30,775 nucleotides of DNA from Terrimicrobiaceae bacterium (GCA_044342325.1 JBIIPZ010000035.1:1-30775), one strand, 5' to 3'; positions 1 through 10,000 are shown, numbered from the stretch's first letter. Made by a program: numbers and translations. Notes: generated by a model from the sequence alone, not told the origin.

Positions 1-2
1 TC

Positions 3-70
3 CTCCGTGCTCTCTGTGTCCTCTGTGGTTAACCCCTCCTGTTCATCCTGAAAATCCTGTCATCCTGTCA
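3..70. repeat. Short 8-9 bp tandem repeat clusters (CTCYGTGNN x3; TCCTGNNN(N) x4)
   Basis: Units ctccgtgct/ctctgtgtc/ctctgtggt at 3-29 and tcctgttca/tcctgaaaa/tcctgtca/tcctgtca at 37-70, read directly. Confidence 0.7.
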
Positions 71-92
71 CCAAATCTGGTCTAAAAAAACC

Positions 93-1058
93 ATGCCCTG
101 CCTCGACTACCCACTCGCTCAACTCCAAACCTACACAGGCACGAACCCACGCCCCATCGATTTCGATGACTACTGGGCACGGGCTCTGGCAGAGTTAGAT
201 TCCATCGATCCGAAGCCCGAGCTGAAACGCTCCGATGCGCTCCAATCCCGCAACAGCGAGATTTTCGACCTCACATTCACCAGCGTTGGTGGAGCGCGGA
301 TCTACGCGAAATATGTCCGCCCGAAGAACGCCGCCGCTCCCCATCCAGCGATCTTGGAATTCCACGGCTATACCGGCAACAGTGGCGAATGGGCCGATAA
401 ACTCCGCTTCTCTGGCGAGGGTGCCGCGGTCGCAGCCATGGACTGCCGTGGCCAAGGCGGGCAAAGTCAGGATCCCGGCGGCACAACCGGCAACACCCAC
501 CACGGGCACATCATTCGAGGCCTCTCCGATGGACCTGAAAAACTTCTCTTCCGCAGCATCTTTCTCGACACCGTCCAACTCGCTCGCGTCGTGGCCTCAT
601 TTGACGAAGTCGATGCCACCCGCCTAACAACGAATGGCGGATCCCAAGGCGGCGCCCTCTCCATCGCATGCGCAGCTCTCGAACCCCGCATCAAATGCTG
701 CGTCTCGCTCTACCCATTCCTCTCCGACTACCTGCGCGTGTGGAATATGGACCTCTGCAAGGACGCCTACGCCGAGTTGAAGACCTATATGAGGTTTTTC
801 GATCCCCTATCCGAAACACGAGACAAAATTTTTGAAACCCTCGGCTACATCGATGTCCACCACCTCGCCCCACGCATCGGCGCGGAGGTCATCATGGCCC
901 TGACCCTGCAAGACGCCATCTGCCCGCCATCCACGCAATTCGCCGTCTTCAACAACATCCAATCCAAGAAAACCCCGTTCATCTACGAGGATTTCGGCCA
1001 CGAAGGCCTGCCACGCTTCGCGGATTCCGTTTTTGATTTCCTGACATTCGCGAAGTAA
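93..1058 (+). CDS. Acetylxylan esterase / cephalosporin-C deacetylase (CE7, alpha/beta hydrolase)
   Basis: 321 aa. Motifs P-x-DFDDYW, FHGY, DCRGQGG, nucleophile GGSQGG, DAICPPSTQFA and terminal GHE. Confidence 0.93.
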   Translation: MPCLDYPLAQLQTYTGTNPRPIDFDDYWARALAELDSIDPKPELKRSDALQSRNSEIFDLTFTSVGGARIYAKYVRPKNAAAPHPAILEFHGYTGNSGEWADKLRFSGEGAAVAAMDCRGQGGQSQDPGGTTGNTHHGHIIRGLSDGPEKLLFRSIFLDTVQLARVVASFDEVDATRLTTNGGSQGGALSIACAALEPRIKCCVSLYPFLSDYLRVWNMDLCKDAYAELKTYMRFFDPLSETRDKIFETLGYIDVHHLAPRIGAEVIMALTLQDAICPPSTQFAVFNNIQSKKTPFIYEDFGHEGLPRFADSVFDFLTFAK

Positions 1059-1144
1059 AGAGCGATTTTCAGCGACGCCAAATTGCCTTTTTCCAGAAGT
1101 GAACGGCAAATTTTTCAGTATCGCTTACAAGAATAAATCCATCC

Positions 1145-1470
1145 GGAGAGAGTTTATTTGCGCTTGGAGAAAAACTTTTTACTCTCGGAGAAATCGTTTC
1201 TGCCTTCGGATAGATTCTTTTTGCCCTCAGAGAAACAATTTTTTGTCTCAGAGAAATTGTTTCTGGCATCGGAGAAATTCTTTGGGCTCTTGGAAAAATT
1301 CATTTTGCCTCCGGAGAAATTCTTTTTCGTCTCAACCAAATTGTTTTTGGCTTCTGTGGAGTCGAATTCATCCTGAGAGAAATTGTTTCTAGCATCGGAG
1401 AAATTGTTTTTCGTCTCAACCAAATTGTTTTTGGCTTCTTTGGAGTCGAATTCATGTTCAAGAAATTTGT
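1145..1470. repeat. Degenerate 21-bp tandem array (about 15 units) with a higher-order internal duplication
   Basis: Units start at 1145, 1166, 1187 ... 1439, 1460 with consensus roughly RGAGAAATTSTTTTT-N4-TC. Segment 1313-1375 recurs almost identically at 1397-1459. Confidence 0.9.
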
Positions 1471-1575
1471 TTGCAGTCGTGATGTAACGGAACGGCGTTA
1501 AAAGATGATCGGGCGCTTTGATTTTCAGATTCCCATTCTGTGCGGTAATCAGGCGTTAATCTCGAGGATTTCAAA

Positions 1576-1604
1576 TTGCCAACAGCCTCCAAAAAAGGTA
1601 AAAT
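1576..1604 (+). promoter_or_regulatory. Sigma70-type promoter, probably driving the DUF4236-BREX operon
   Basis: TTGCCA (1576-1581), 17-nt spacer, TAAAAT (1599-1604). Confidence 0.65.
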
Positions 1605-1611
1605 AGCACCC

Positions 1612-1653
1612 ATGCGCACTTTCTCCACCCACTCGACTTTTTTCCGCTTCTGA
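1612..1653 (+). CDS. Putative leaderless 13-aa mini-ORF (MRTFSTHSTFFRF)
   Basis: ATG lies 7 nt downstream of the -10 box. Its stop overlaps the next ATG (TGATG, 1651-1655). Confidence 0.3.
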   Translation: MRTFSTHSTFFRF

Positions 1654-1901
1654 TGGGCTTCACCTACCGCAAATCTGTTAATCTTGGGCCGTTCCGGGTA
1701 AATCTGAGCAAGTCCGGCGTTGGCTATTCTGTCGGTGGTCGTGGCTTTCGCGTTGGAACCACGCATCGTGGGAAAAAATATACGAGTTTCAGCATCCCAG
1801 GAACAGGAGTCGGCTATCGCAAATCTGGTGCTGGCTGCCTTGTCCTCCTCGCTGCTGTTCCAGTTGGGATCGCCGCCACAAAACTACTTCTCACTTCATG
1901 A
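1653..1901 (+). CDS. DUF4236 domain protein with C-terminal hydrophobic helix
   Basis: MGFTYRKSVNLGPFRVNLSKSGVGYSVG...SIPGTGVGY matches the DUF4236 signature. C-terminal GCLVLLAAVPVGIAA is hydrophobic. Confidence 0.85.
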   Translation: MGFTYRKSVNLGPFRVNLSKSGVGYSVGGRGFRVGTTHRGKKYTSFSIPGTGVGYRKSGAGCLVLLAAVPVGIAATKLLLTS

Positions 1902-2188
1902 ATCTTTTTTGGAAACGCACACTCCGCACGGCCTCATCCGAACGCTTCCTTGCACAGCGCGAGGGCAAGGATGTCGCCGCCGTCGATCTCCATTATCTCG
2001 CCAGCGGAACCGTTGCTGGCACAGTGATCCTGCTGAAAGACGCGGGATGGAAGGAATCAGATGTGCCTGCCCTACTCGGTTCACTGGATGAGGATTTCCT
2101 GCCTGATGTAGACCTTGATCACGGGAACCTCAATTACACCGTTGTCCTCGGCGAGGTGCTTGGGAACTATGAGGCGGAGAAGAAATAG
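1898..2188 (+). CDS. Hypothetical protein (96 aa, acidic C-terminal half)
   Basis: ATGA overlap with the DUF4236 gene; protein-like composition and codon usage. Confidence 0.75.
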   Translation: MNLFWKRTLRTASSERFLAQREGKDVAAVDLHYLASGTVAGTVILLKDAGWKESDVPALLGSLDEDFLPDVDLDHGNLNYTVVLGEVLGNYEAEKK

Positions 2189-2190
2189 AA

Positions 2191-2262
2191 ATGGCTACGG
2201 GAGAGAAAAGTCTCATCAAGCTGGAACGCGTGCTTGAGCATGTTTTGAATTGCCTCTCATGA
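2191..2262 (+). CDS. Putative 23-aa mini-ORF (MATGEKSLIKLERVLEHVLNCLS)
   Basis: Starts 2 nt after the upstream stop, has a purine-rich stretch upstream, and ends in an ATGA overlap with the brxA start at 2259. Confidence 0.3.
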   Translation: MATGEKSLIKLERVLEHVLNCLS

Positions 2263-2888
2263 CTACACAGACCACTCGGCGCTACGCTTTCTCGTTTATT
2301 ACCGGTGCGCTTTTTGTTCCAGAGACCATTGCTGTTTCGGAGTTGCTTGCAGCAGGGAAAGATTGGCCAGTCATTCGGTCTGCCGTTTTGGATGATAATC
2401 TGCTCCGTATTAAAACCTCGGGGAGCAGGCTTCGGATTCTTCGGGAAATCCGATATCGCCTTCAGGAGTTTGACAATGCTGAACTCGATTTCTTCTGTGC
2501 GGCAGGGTCTAGGGATCAACGACTGATGCTTCTTTTATCCATCTGCCGTCGATTTGCATTTATTCGCGAGTTTGTTGAGGAGGTGGTGCGGGCAAAAGCG
2601 TTGGCATTGGAAACTCATTTGACGCCGGGCGACTTCGTCCGTTTTTTTGACCTCAAGGGTGCGGAGGCTCCGGAAGTGGATACCCTCACTGAAAAAAGCC
2701 GCGACAAAGTGCGTCAGGTCCTGATCCGGATGCTGGCAGAAGGAGGGTTGTTGAATTCAACCGGCGAGATGGGAATCCAGCGTCCCAGTCCCAGCTCTGG
2801 ATTGATTGCACTCGTCTCCAAAAAGATACCCGCAGACCTAAAAGTTTTTCTGCTTTCTGATGCGGAAATCCGACATAATCGCTTCTGA
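2259..2888 (+). CDS. brxA: BREX protein BrxA (DUF1819)
   Basis: Y.FSF..GAL...E, W..IR..V.DDNL, REI..RL, F.FIREFV.EV; first core gene of the operon. Start set at ATG 2259. Confidence 0.9.
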   Translation: MTTQTTRRYAFSFITGALFVPETIAVSELLAAGKDWPVIRSAVLDDNLLRIKTSGSRLRILREIRYRLQEFDNAELDFFCAAGSRDQRLMLLLSICRRFAFIREFVEEVVRAKALALETHLTPGDFVRFFDLKGAEAPEVDTLTEKSRDKVRQVLIRMLAEGGLLNSTGEMGIQRPSPSSGLIALVSKKIPADLKVFLLSDAEIRHNRF

Positions 2889-2889
2889 T

Positions 2890-3498
2890 ATGGCTTCACG
2901 CATCGACGAAAACCTCGATCAAAAATTTGATCATCTCTTCCGGGTGATCGGTGGGAAAAACTTCCTAGAGAGCCGAGCCATTGGCAACGAACAACCTTTT
3001 TATATCTCCGCATACCATCCCTCGTTGCAAAGTAGGGTTGATGTCCTTTTGCCATCATTAATCAAACGGCTCTCATCGAGTGGAGTGGCTGTCCTGCACC
3101 TGAATTTTTATGACTTGGTTATTGAGTTGCTCACAGAGCGTGGAGTGCTCGACCGGTTGATCGAGAAAGAACCTGCTTTGGACCGCGACACATTCCTTTC
3201 CACCTTGCGGAATGTCTCAGACCCCAAGGATCATCTTGTTCCGCTCATTGCCAAAAAACTTGAGGAGAATCGCCCTGCTGTTGTCATGCTCGACGGCGTT
3301 GGCCTCGTGTTCCCCTACATCCGCTCTCACAATGTTCTGGAAAAGCTTCAAGGCGTCACCGGCAAGACGCCCTCTGTGCTTTTCTTTCCCGGCGACTACT
3401 CATTTGTCGAGCAGCGCGGGTCTTATCTCAAACTTTTCGGAGCCATGCCCGACGATCGCTACTATCGCGCCTTCAATATCGCAGACATCCAACCATGA
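2890..3498 (+). CDS. brxB: BREX protein BrxB (DUF1788)
   Basis: GNEQPFYI, GVGLVFPYIRSHNVL, LFFPGDY, YYRAFNI. Start set at ATG 2890. Confidence 0.92.
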   Translation: MASRIDENLDQKFDHLFRVIGGKNFLESRAIGNEQPFYISAYHPSLQSRVDVLLPSLIKRLSSSGVAVLHLNFYDLVIELLTERGVLDRLIEKEPALDRDTFLSTLRNVSDPKDHLVPLIAKKLEENRPAVVMLDGVGLVFPYIRSHNVLEKLQGVTGKTPSVLFFPGDYSFVEQRGSYLKLFGAMPDDRYYRAFNIADIQP

Positions 3499-6400
3499 AG
3501 CCCACAATCATCCGTTCACTTTTCGAGAAGTCCATCGACCGCCACATTCAGGGTGTCATCAAGGCAGATGACGATAGCGATTTGCTCAATGAAGTTTCCG
3601 AGTATGTGGTGACTACAGAGGTCTCCAAGCGCCTGGATGACTTGCTTGAATCCTATCTTCAGGAAAAGACGGCAAACGGTGTTTGGATCAGTGGCTTTTT
3701 CGGCTCAGGCAAGTCTCACCTGTTGAAAATGCTCTCGCTGCTGCTTCCCGATCGGCAACTCGACGGCACCAAGGTTTCGGATCTCTTTCTTGATAAGCTC
3801 AAGGAGGAGCCCATGCTCGCGGCCGACTTGAAGAAGGCCCTAAAAATTCCTTCGCAGTCGAAGCTGTTCAATATCGACCAGAAGGCCGATGTGATCGCCA
3901 AGAACCAGATCGACGCCCTCCTTTCAGTCTTTGTGAAAGCCTTCAACGAGGTCCGTGGCTACTACGCCAAGCAGGGCTACATTGCGGAGATCGAAGCCGA
4001 GTTGGATTCCCGAGGGCTCTTGCAGGTATTCAAGGATGCCTTTGCAAAGGAGTCCAAGGGAGTTCCATGGGAAATCGGAAGGGATACCGTCCACGCTTTG
4101 GACAATGAAATCTTTGCACGGGCATTTTCGGCGACTGGCGGGTCCTCCTATGAGGAGGCACTGAAGGTCCTCGACCGTAAGCAAGCGGGCTACAAGGTTT
4201 CCATCGAATCCTTCGCCGAGGAGATCAATAAATGGATCGCCAAGCAGCAGCCAAATTTCCGCCTTAACTTCTTCGTGGACGAAGTCGGCCAATTTATCGG
4301 GACCGACTCAAAGTTGATGCTCAATCTCCAGACCATCGTCGAGACCCTTGCGACCAAGTGCCAAGGCCGTGCATGGGTCTTTGTCACCTCTCAAGGCGAC
4401 TTAAGCGCGGTGCTCGGTGAGTTAGGAACAAACCAGGGCACTGATCTCACAAAAATCCAAGGCCGTTTTATCCAACCCCTCAACCTCACCAGCCAGGATG
4501 TTGCCGAGGTCATTTGCCGACGCCTGCTTGCGAAGAAGGATACGGAGGACCTTTTCGCCCTTTATGATTCGGAAAAAGAAAACCTCCGAACTCTCTTCAA
4601 ATTTGGCGACAAGTCCCGCGACTACCCGGGCTTCAAAAGCGAGCAGGACTTTGCCGACTTCTACCCGTTCCAACCCTACCAGTTTGAGCTTCTGCAGGCA
4701 TCGTTGATCGAGCTGTCGCGCCACAATTTCTTCACAGGAAAATTCAAGTCCATCGGTGAGCGCTCGATGCTCGGCATCCTACAAGATGTGGTCAAAAGCC
4801 TGGGAGACGAACAAGTAGGGCGCCTTGCCACATTTGATGCCATGTTCGACGGCATCCGCAGTTCGCTTCAGGCGAATTTGCAAACTTCCGTCCTCACGGC
4901 CGAACGGCTTTTGGGAGAGTCCTCGATGGAGTCGCGCGTCATCAAGGTTCTCTTCCTGCTGAAGTTCGTCAAAGAGTTCAAATCCACCCCAAGGAACATC
5001 GCCATCTTGCTTATCGACCGGTGCGATATCGACATCACCGCCCATGAAAAAGACGTCCGCACGGCACTCAACAAGCTGGAGCACGACACCTACATCCAGC
5101 GCAGCGGAGACATTTTCGAGTTCCTTACCGATGACGAAAAAGATGTGGAGTCCGAGATCAAGGGCACTGAGATCGACGATACCGATGTGCGCGAACTCCT
5201 CGGCGAAATCATTTTTGACGACATCATTCGAGAAGCCAAATTCCGCTTCGAGGACAACAAGCAGGACTACCAATTCACCCGCCGCCTCGATGGGCAGATT
5301 TTCCGCAAGCGAGAATTCGACATGGGCATCCACATGGCCACTCCTCTCCACGAAAATGCAGACCGGCCTGCGGATATGGTCGCTCAGTCGCTTGGCAAGG
5401 CGGAGCTTCTTCTCATCCTTCCTCCCGATGCCCGCTTGCTGGACGACCTCAAGCTGCATCGCAAGACAGAGAAATACTGCCAGCAGAACCTCTCCTCGAA
5501 CCTGCCTCCGGCCCGCTATGCGATTCTGAATGCCAAGCGCGTCGCCAACTCCGAGCGGCGCACCTCGCTTCACGACCGCCTGAAAGACGCTCTGATCGCG
5601 GGCAAGCTCTACCTCAATGGGAATGAGCTAGCCCACACCTCCACCGACCCGCAGACGCGTATGGCCAAAGCCTTTCAAGACCTCGTGCGCTACGCCTTCC
5701 CCTTGCTGCGCATGCTCAAGAAGGCGTTTGTGGAATCCGATCTCAAAGACATCCTCACCACCCCGGCGGACGATTTTTTCAAACACGACGATGGCACGCT
5801 CGGAGAGGCTGAGAAGGAAATCCTCCTGAAGCTCCAAGCGGCTCGCAGCGCGGGGACCCGTGTGCATGTCGCCGATTTGCTTGGCACATTTGAGAAGCGT
5901 CCCTGCGGTTGGCCTCAAATCGCTACACAGTGTCTCATTGCGAGGCTTTACATGCGCGGCAAGGTCGAGCTCCGCAGTGGTGCGAATCTTCTTTCCGGCA
6001 AGGAAGCGATGGATGCGCTCTCGAACAACAGGCTCTTCTCCGGAACCGTCGTCACCCTGCAGGAGCAGTTCGACTCGGCCACCGTCTCCAAGCTCAAGAA
6101 ATTCCACCAAGAGTTCTTTAACTCGCCGAATCCCGCCAACGAGGCCAAGGAAGTGGCCATTGCTTTTCAGGACTCCTTGCGCACCGAGTCAGCGGAACTC
6201 GAAAAACTGGCGTCCCATGCCTCCGCCTATCCTTTCCTTGCGGACCTTGCTCCCGTGGCAAAGGAGCTTTCCGGCATCGCCCACCGCGAGTGGTCGCATT
6301 GCCTGAAGGAAGTTGCCTCTTTTTCAGACCGTCTGCTGGATCTCAAGGAAGCAACCATCGATCCCCTCAAGGCATTTTACAACGGATCCAAGCGCACCAT

Positions 6401-6989
6401 CTTCGACGACATTTCCGGGTTCCTACGCGATGAAGCCCCAAACTTTGTGGATCTCCCAGAGGATGACATCGCTCCCTTGAGGGCCGCTGTGGAATCCCGC
6501 ACTGCTTACAAGGGAAACACCCTCCAGCAGGCCAATGCCAAGCTCTCCTCCGTGCGCGAGGCCGTGTCCAAGCTGGTCACCGAGGCCCGCGAGGAGGCGG
6601 CAGGCCGTCTGGCAAAGGCCCGGGAGAGCTTTGTTTCATCACCCGAATTTACTGCGCTGGATTCCGATAAACGCGCCGACTTGCTGGAGCCCTTCGATGC
6701 CGCTACCACCCGACTGAAAACCGAGCGCCTTGCCCCTGTTGTTCGCGAGGCGGCAGAGCGTGCGGCCACTGAGCTTCTCCCCAGCCAGCTCCAGAAAGCC
6801 TCCAGCTTGATCCTGCGCGAGGGCGGTGACGATGAGGACCCAGCCCCCGAGTATGTGACCGTGCGGAAGATTCATGTCCCGTTTAAAAAAACCGTTTTGG
6901 AAAACGAGGAGGATCTTGCCGCCTACCTCGATGCCATTCGCGAGACCTACTCCGCCACGCTCCGGAACAATAAACGCATCACCCTCTGA
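3495..6989 (+). CDS. brxC: BREX P-loop ATPase BrxC
   Basis: 1164 aa. F.K.IDR.I.GVIKAD, Walker A GFFGSGKS, Walker B FFVDEVGQ, VFVTSQ, YPF.PYQF. Confidence 0.95.
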   Translation: MKPTIIRSLFEKSIDRHIQGVIKADDDSDLLNEVSEYVVTTEVSKRLDDLLESYLQEKTANGVWISGFFGSGKSHLLKMLSLLLPDRQLDGTKVSDLFLDKLKEEPMLAADLKKALKIPSQSKLFNIDQKADVIAKNQIDALLSVFVKAFNEVRGYYAKQGYIAEIEAELDSRGLLQVFKDAFAKESKGVPWEIGRDTVHALDNEIFARAFSATGGSSYEEALKVLDRKQAGYKVSIESFAEEINKWIAKQQPNFRLNFFVDEVGQFIGTDSKLMLNLQTIVETLATKCQGRAWVFVTSQGDLSAVLGELGTNQGTDLTKIQGRFIQPLNLTSQDVAEVICRRLLAKKDTEDLFALYDSEKENLRTLFKFGDKSRDYPGFKSEQDFADFYPFQPYQFELLQASLIELSRHNFFTGKFKSIGERSMLGILQDVVKSLGDEQVGRLATFDAMFDGIRSSLQANLQTSVLTAERLLGESSMESRVIKVLFLLKFVKEFKSTPRNIAILLIDRCDIDITAHEKDVRTALNKLEHDTYIQRSGDIFEFLTDDEKDVESEIKGTEIDDTDVRELLGEIIFDDIIREAKFRFEDNKQDYQFTRRLDGQIFRKREFDMGIHMATPLHENADRPADMVAQSLGKAELLLILPPDARLLDDLKLHRKTEKYCQQNLSSNLPPARYAILNAKRVANSERRTSLHDRLKDALIAGKLYLNGNELAHTSTDPQTRMAKAFQDLVRYAFPLLRMLKKAFVESDLKDILTTPADDFFKHDDGTLGEAEKEILLKLQAARSAGTRVHVADLLGTFEKRPCGWPQIATQCLIARLYMRGKVELRSGANLLSGKEAMDALSNNRLFSGTVVTLQEQFDSATVSKLKKFHQEFFNSPNPANEAKEVAIAFQDSLRTESAELEKLASHASAYPFLADLAPVAKELSGIAHREWSHCLKEVASFSDRLLDLKEATIDPLKAFYNGSKRTIFDDISGFLRDEAPNFVDLPEDDIAPLRAAVESRTAYKGNTLQQANAKLSSVREAVSKLVTEAREEAAGRLAKARESFVSSPEFTALDSDKRADLLEPFDAATTRLKTERLAPVVREAAERAATELLPSQLQKASSLILREGGDDEDPAPEYVTVRKIHVPFKKTVLENEEDLAAYLDAIRETYSATLRNNKRITL

Positions 6990-7000
6990 TCCTCCACGCC

Positions 7001-10000
7001 ATGGACCAATCCGCCCTGAAAAAATTCGCCCAATCCGCACGCGAGAGACTTCACGAACTCGTCGAGAACCGCCTCGTCTTCTGGCTTGGCACGGGTTCAT
7101 CCAAGCCGGACTCCGCTGCGCATCGGCAGTTTGCTCCACAGATTCGCAAGCTGGAGGAGATGCTGGCGAAGGAAGGGCGCGAGGCCCTTATCGAGCGGGT
7201 CTCCTACACATGGTTCAACCGTCTCTCCGCCCTGCGCTTCATGGATGCGAATGGCTACCACACCTTCGGCGCCCGTGTGGTCTCGCCCGCCTCGCCCCAT
7301 GAGGTCATGCCGGAGATTCTCCAGCAAGCCCGAGGCGGCACGCTTGATTCTACTTTCCGGCAAGAAATGGCGAATGCCGAAGCGTTCGAGGATATCCTCT
7401 CTGGGCGCATTCCCAGTCCGGATCCCCAAGCAGAGGCTTACCGACTGCTGCTTGTGGCCGCGTGCAACCACTACCACGCCTACATGCCGTTTCTCTTTGA
7501 GGAAATCGGCGACGCCACCGAACTCCTCCTGCCCGAGGATGTCCTTACCGAGCACTCTATCGTCCACGCTTTCCGCATCGGCTTGGCCGACGAGGATTGC
7601 CGCGATGTCGAGGTCATCGGCTGGCTCTACCAATTCTACATCTCGGATAAAAAAGACGCTGTCATGGCCCGCAAGGCGTCTGTGCCCACCGAGGATATTC
7701 CTGCTGTGACCCAGCTTTTCACTCCGCATTGGATCGTTCGCTATCTGGTGGAGAACTCTCTGGGCCGACTTTGGCTCTTGAATCGCCCACAGTCCAAACT
7801 GCGGGCGCAGATGCCCTACTACATCGAGGGCGAGGCAGAGACAGATTTTCTCAAAATCACCAAGCCCGAGGACATCAAGCTCATCGATCCAGCGGCAGGC
7901 TCCGCCCACATGCTCACCTACTCATTCGACCTTCTCTATGCGATGTATGAGGAGGAGGGCTACGATGCCCCGGAGATTCCCGGGCTCATCCTCAAACACA
8001 ACCTCCACGGTGTGGACATCTGCGACCGCGCGGCAGCCTTGGCGGCTTTTGCCCTCTGCATGAAGGCCCGTGCGAAGGATGTCCGGTTCTTCCGCCGTAT
8101 GGTCCAGCCAAATATCGTCGAACTGCGTGATGTGAAATTTGAAGAAAACGAACTGCGCGATTACATCCGCGCAATCGGGGTAGGCGACCTTTTTAATAAG
8201 CCGATGCTCAAGTTGCTTCACCAGTTCGAGGAGGCGAAGAACTTCGGCTCGCTCATCCAGCCCTGCCTCGACGAACGGGCAATCACCTTCGCGCGCCGCG
8301 CCATCGAGATCAAGGACCTCGGCGGCCAGCTTTTCCTGCGCGAGACGCACCTCAAAGTCCTGCGCGTGCTCGAACAAGCCGAGGCGCTCACCCGTCGGTA
8401 TCATGTCGTCGTGGCAAATCCGCCGTATATGGGCAGCAAGGCGATGAACAACGCTTTGAAAGTGTTTGTCTCGAAGCATTACCCCGATGCAAAGAGCGAC
8501 CTAATGACATGCTTCATGGAGCGGTGTCGCTGCATCGCCATCAAGGATGGGCTACTTGCCATGATCAATCTGCCGTCATGGCTGTTCTTAAGCTCGTTTG
8601 AGGACTTCCGACATCGGCTTGTTCGAGAAATTACGATTAGTAGCTTCCTGCATTTAGGCCGCGGAATGTTCGGTTCGGATTTTGGGAGCGTTGCATTCGT
8701 ATTCGCAAACCGCACCGACAAGGAAAGCGTTGGATTTTATCGACGATTATTCGAGAATCAAAGTGAGGTTGTTTCCGTTGAAGAAATCGAAAAGCGCTTT
8801 CGAGACCGCGGGTATGGGGCGTTTAGGGCACGACAAGCTAATTTCATAAAACTGCCGGGATGTCCGATTGCCTATTGGATTAGTCCCGCGATGAGGAAGG
8901 CATTCGAGGACTTTGAGGCTCTCGAAAAGTTAGCGGATGCTCGAATCGGCATGGCAACCGGAAAGAACGCAATCTACGTCCGGCAGTGGTTTGAAGTCGC
9001 CTCGCCGCGAGTCGGTTTCCGGTTACCTTCTAGACCTGCCGCCAAGGAATCTGGAAAGAAGTGGTTTCCCTATGCGAAGGGCGGGGAGTTCCGCAAGTGG
9101 TATGGCAATTCTGAATCCGTAGTTGACTGGTCGAATGACGGCCACGCACTTCAGACAACCTTGCATCCCGGAGGGGAACGAATTTGGGCTCACAACTTCA
9201 ATTTGGACCAAGTTTTTCGACCTGCGATTTGCTGGACTGTTGTCACCATTGCCGAAACCGGATTCCGCTTTCATCCCGAGGGATATATTTTTGACGCCGC
9301 TGCTGGCCTATGTCAGCCGAAGAAGGCTGCTGACAATTTGTTTTTATTGGGTGCGCTGAATTCGAAGGTTGCCGCTAACGCGCTGAAAATCATCAATCCT
9401 ACCGTAAACCTTCACCCCGGTTATCTCGGGCGGATTCCAATCCCAGACCATTCTAAAGAAAGGGTTGGAGCCATAGTTGGCGAGTGCCTCAAGATTGCAA
9501 AAGCCGACTGGGACAACTTCGAGACATCGTGGGACTTCCTCGACCAGCCGTTGCTGCGGCCGGGGCTGAAGGGCGCCACGCTGGAGGCGAGCTGGCGGAA
9601 TTGGGAGGCGCAGAGCACCGCCGCCATCCGCCGGATGCAGGAGCTGGAGACGGAGAACAACCGGCTCTTTATCGCCGCCTACGGCCTCGACGGCGAGTTG
9701 CAGCCCGAAGTGCCCGAGGCGCAAATCACCCTCGCTCGCGCCGATCAGCGGACCGACTTGGTTGCCTTCCTCTCCTACGCCATCGGCTGCATGTTTGGCC
9801 GTTACTCCCTTGATGCCCCCAGCCTCATCATCGCCGATGCAGGATCAACGGTGCAGGATTACATGGCCAAAGTGCCCAACCCCTCGTTTGCCCCCGATGC
9901 AGACGGCATTCTACCCGTGCTCGATGGCGACTGGTTCAGCGACGACATCGTGGCGCGTTTCCGCGAGTTCCTACGCGTCACATTTGGCGACGCCAAGCTC

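Noticed and set aside
1145..1470. CRISPR array
   Set aside because: Units are contiguous and degenerate with no unique spacers, and no cas genes are present.
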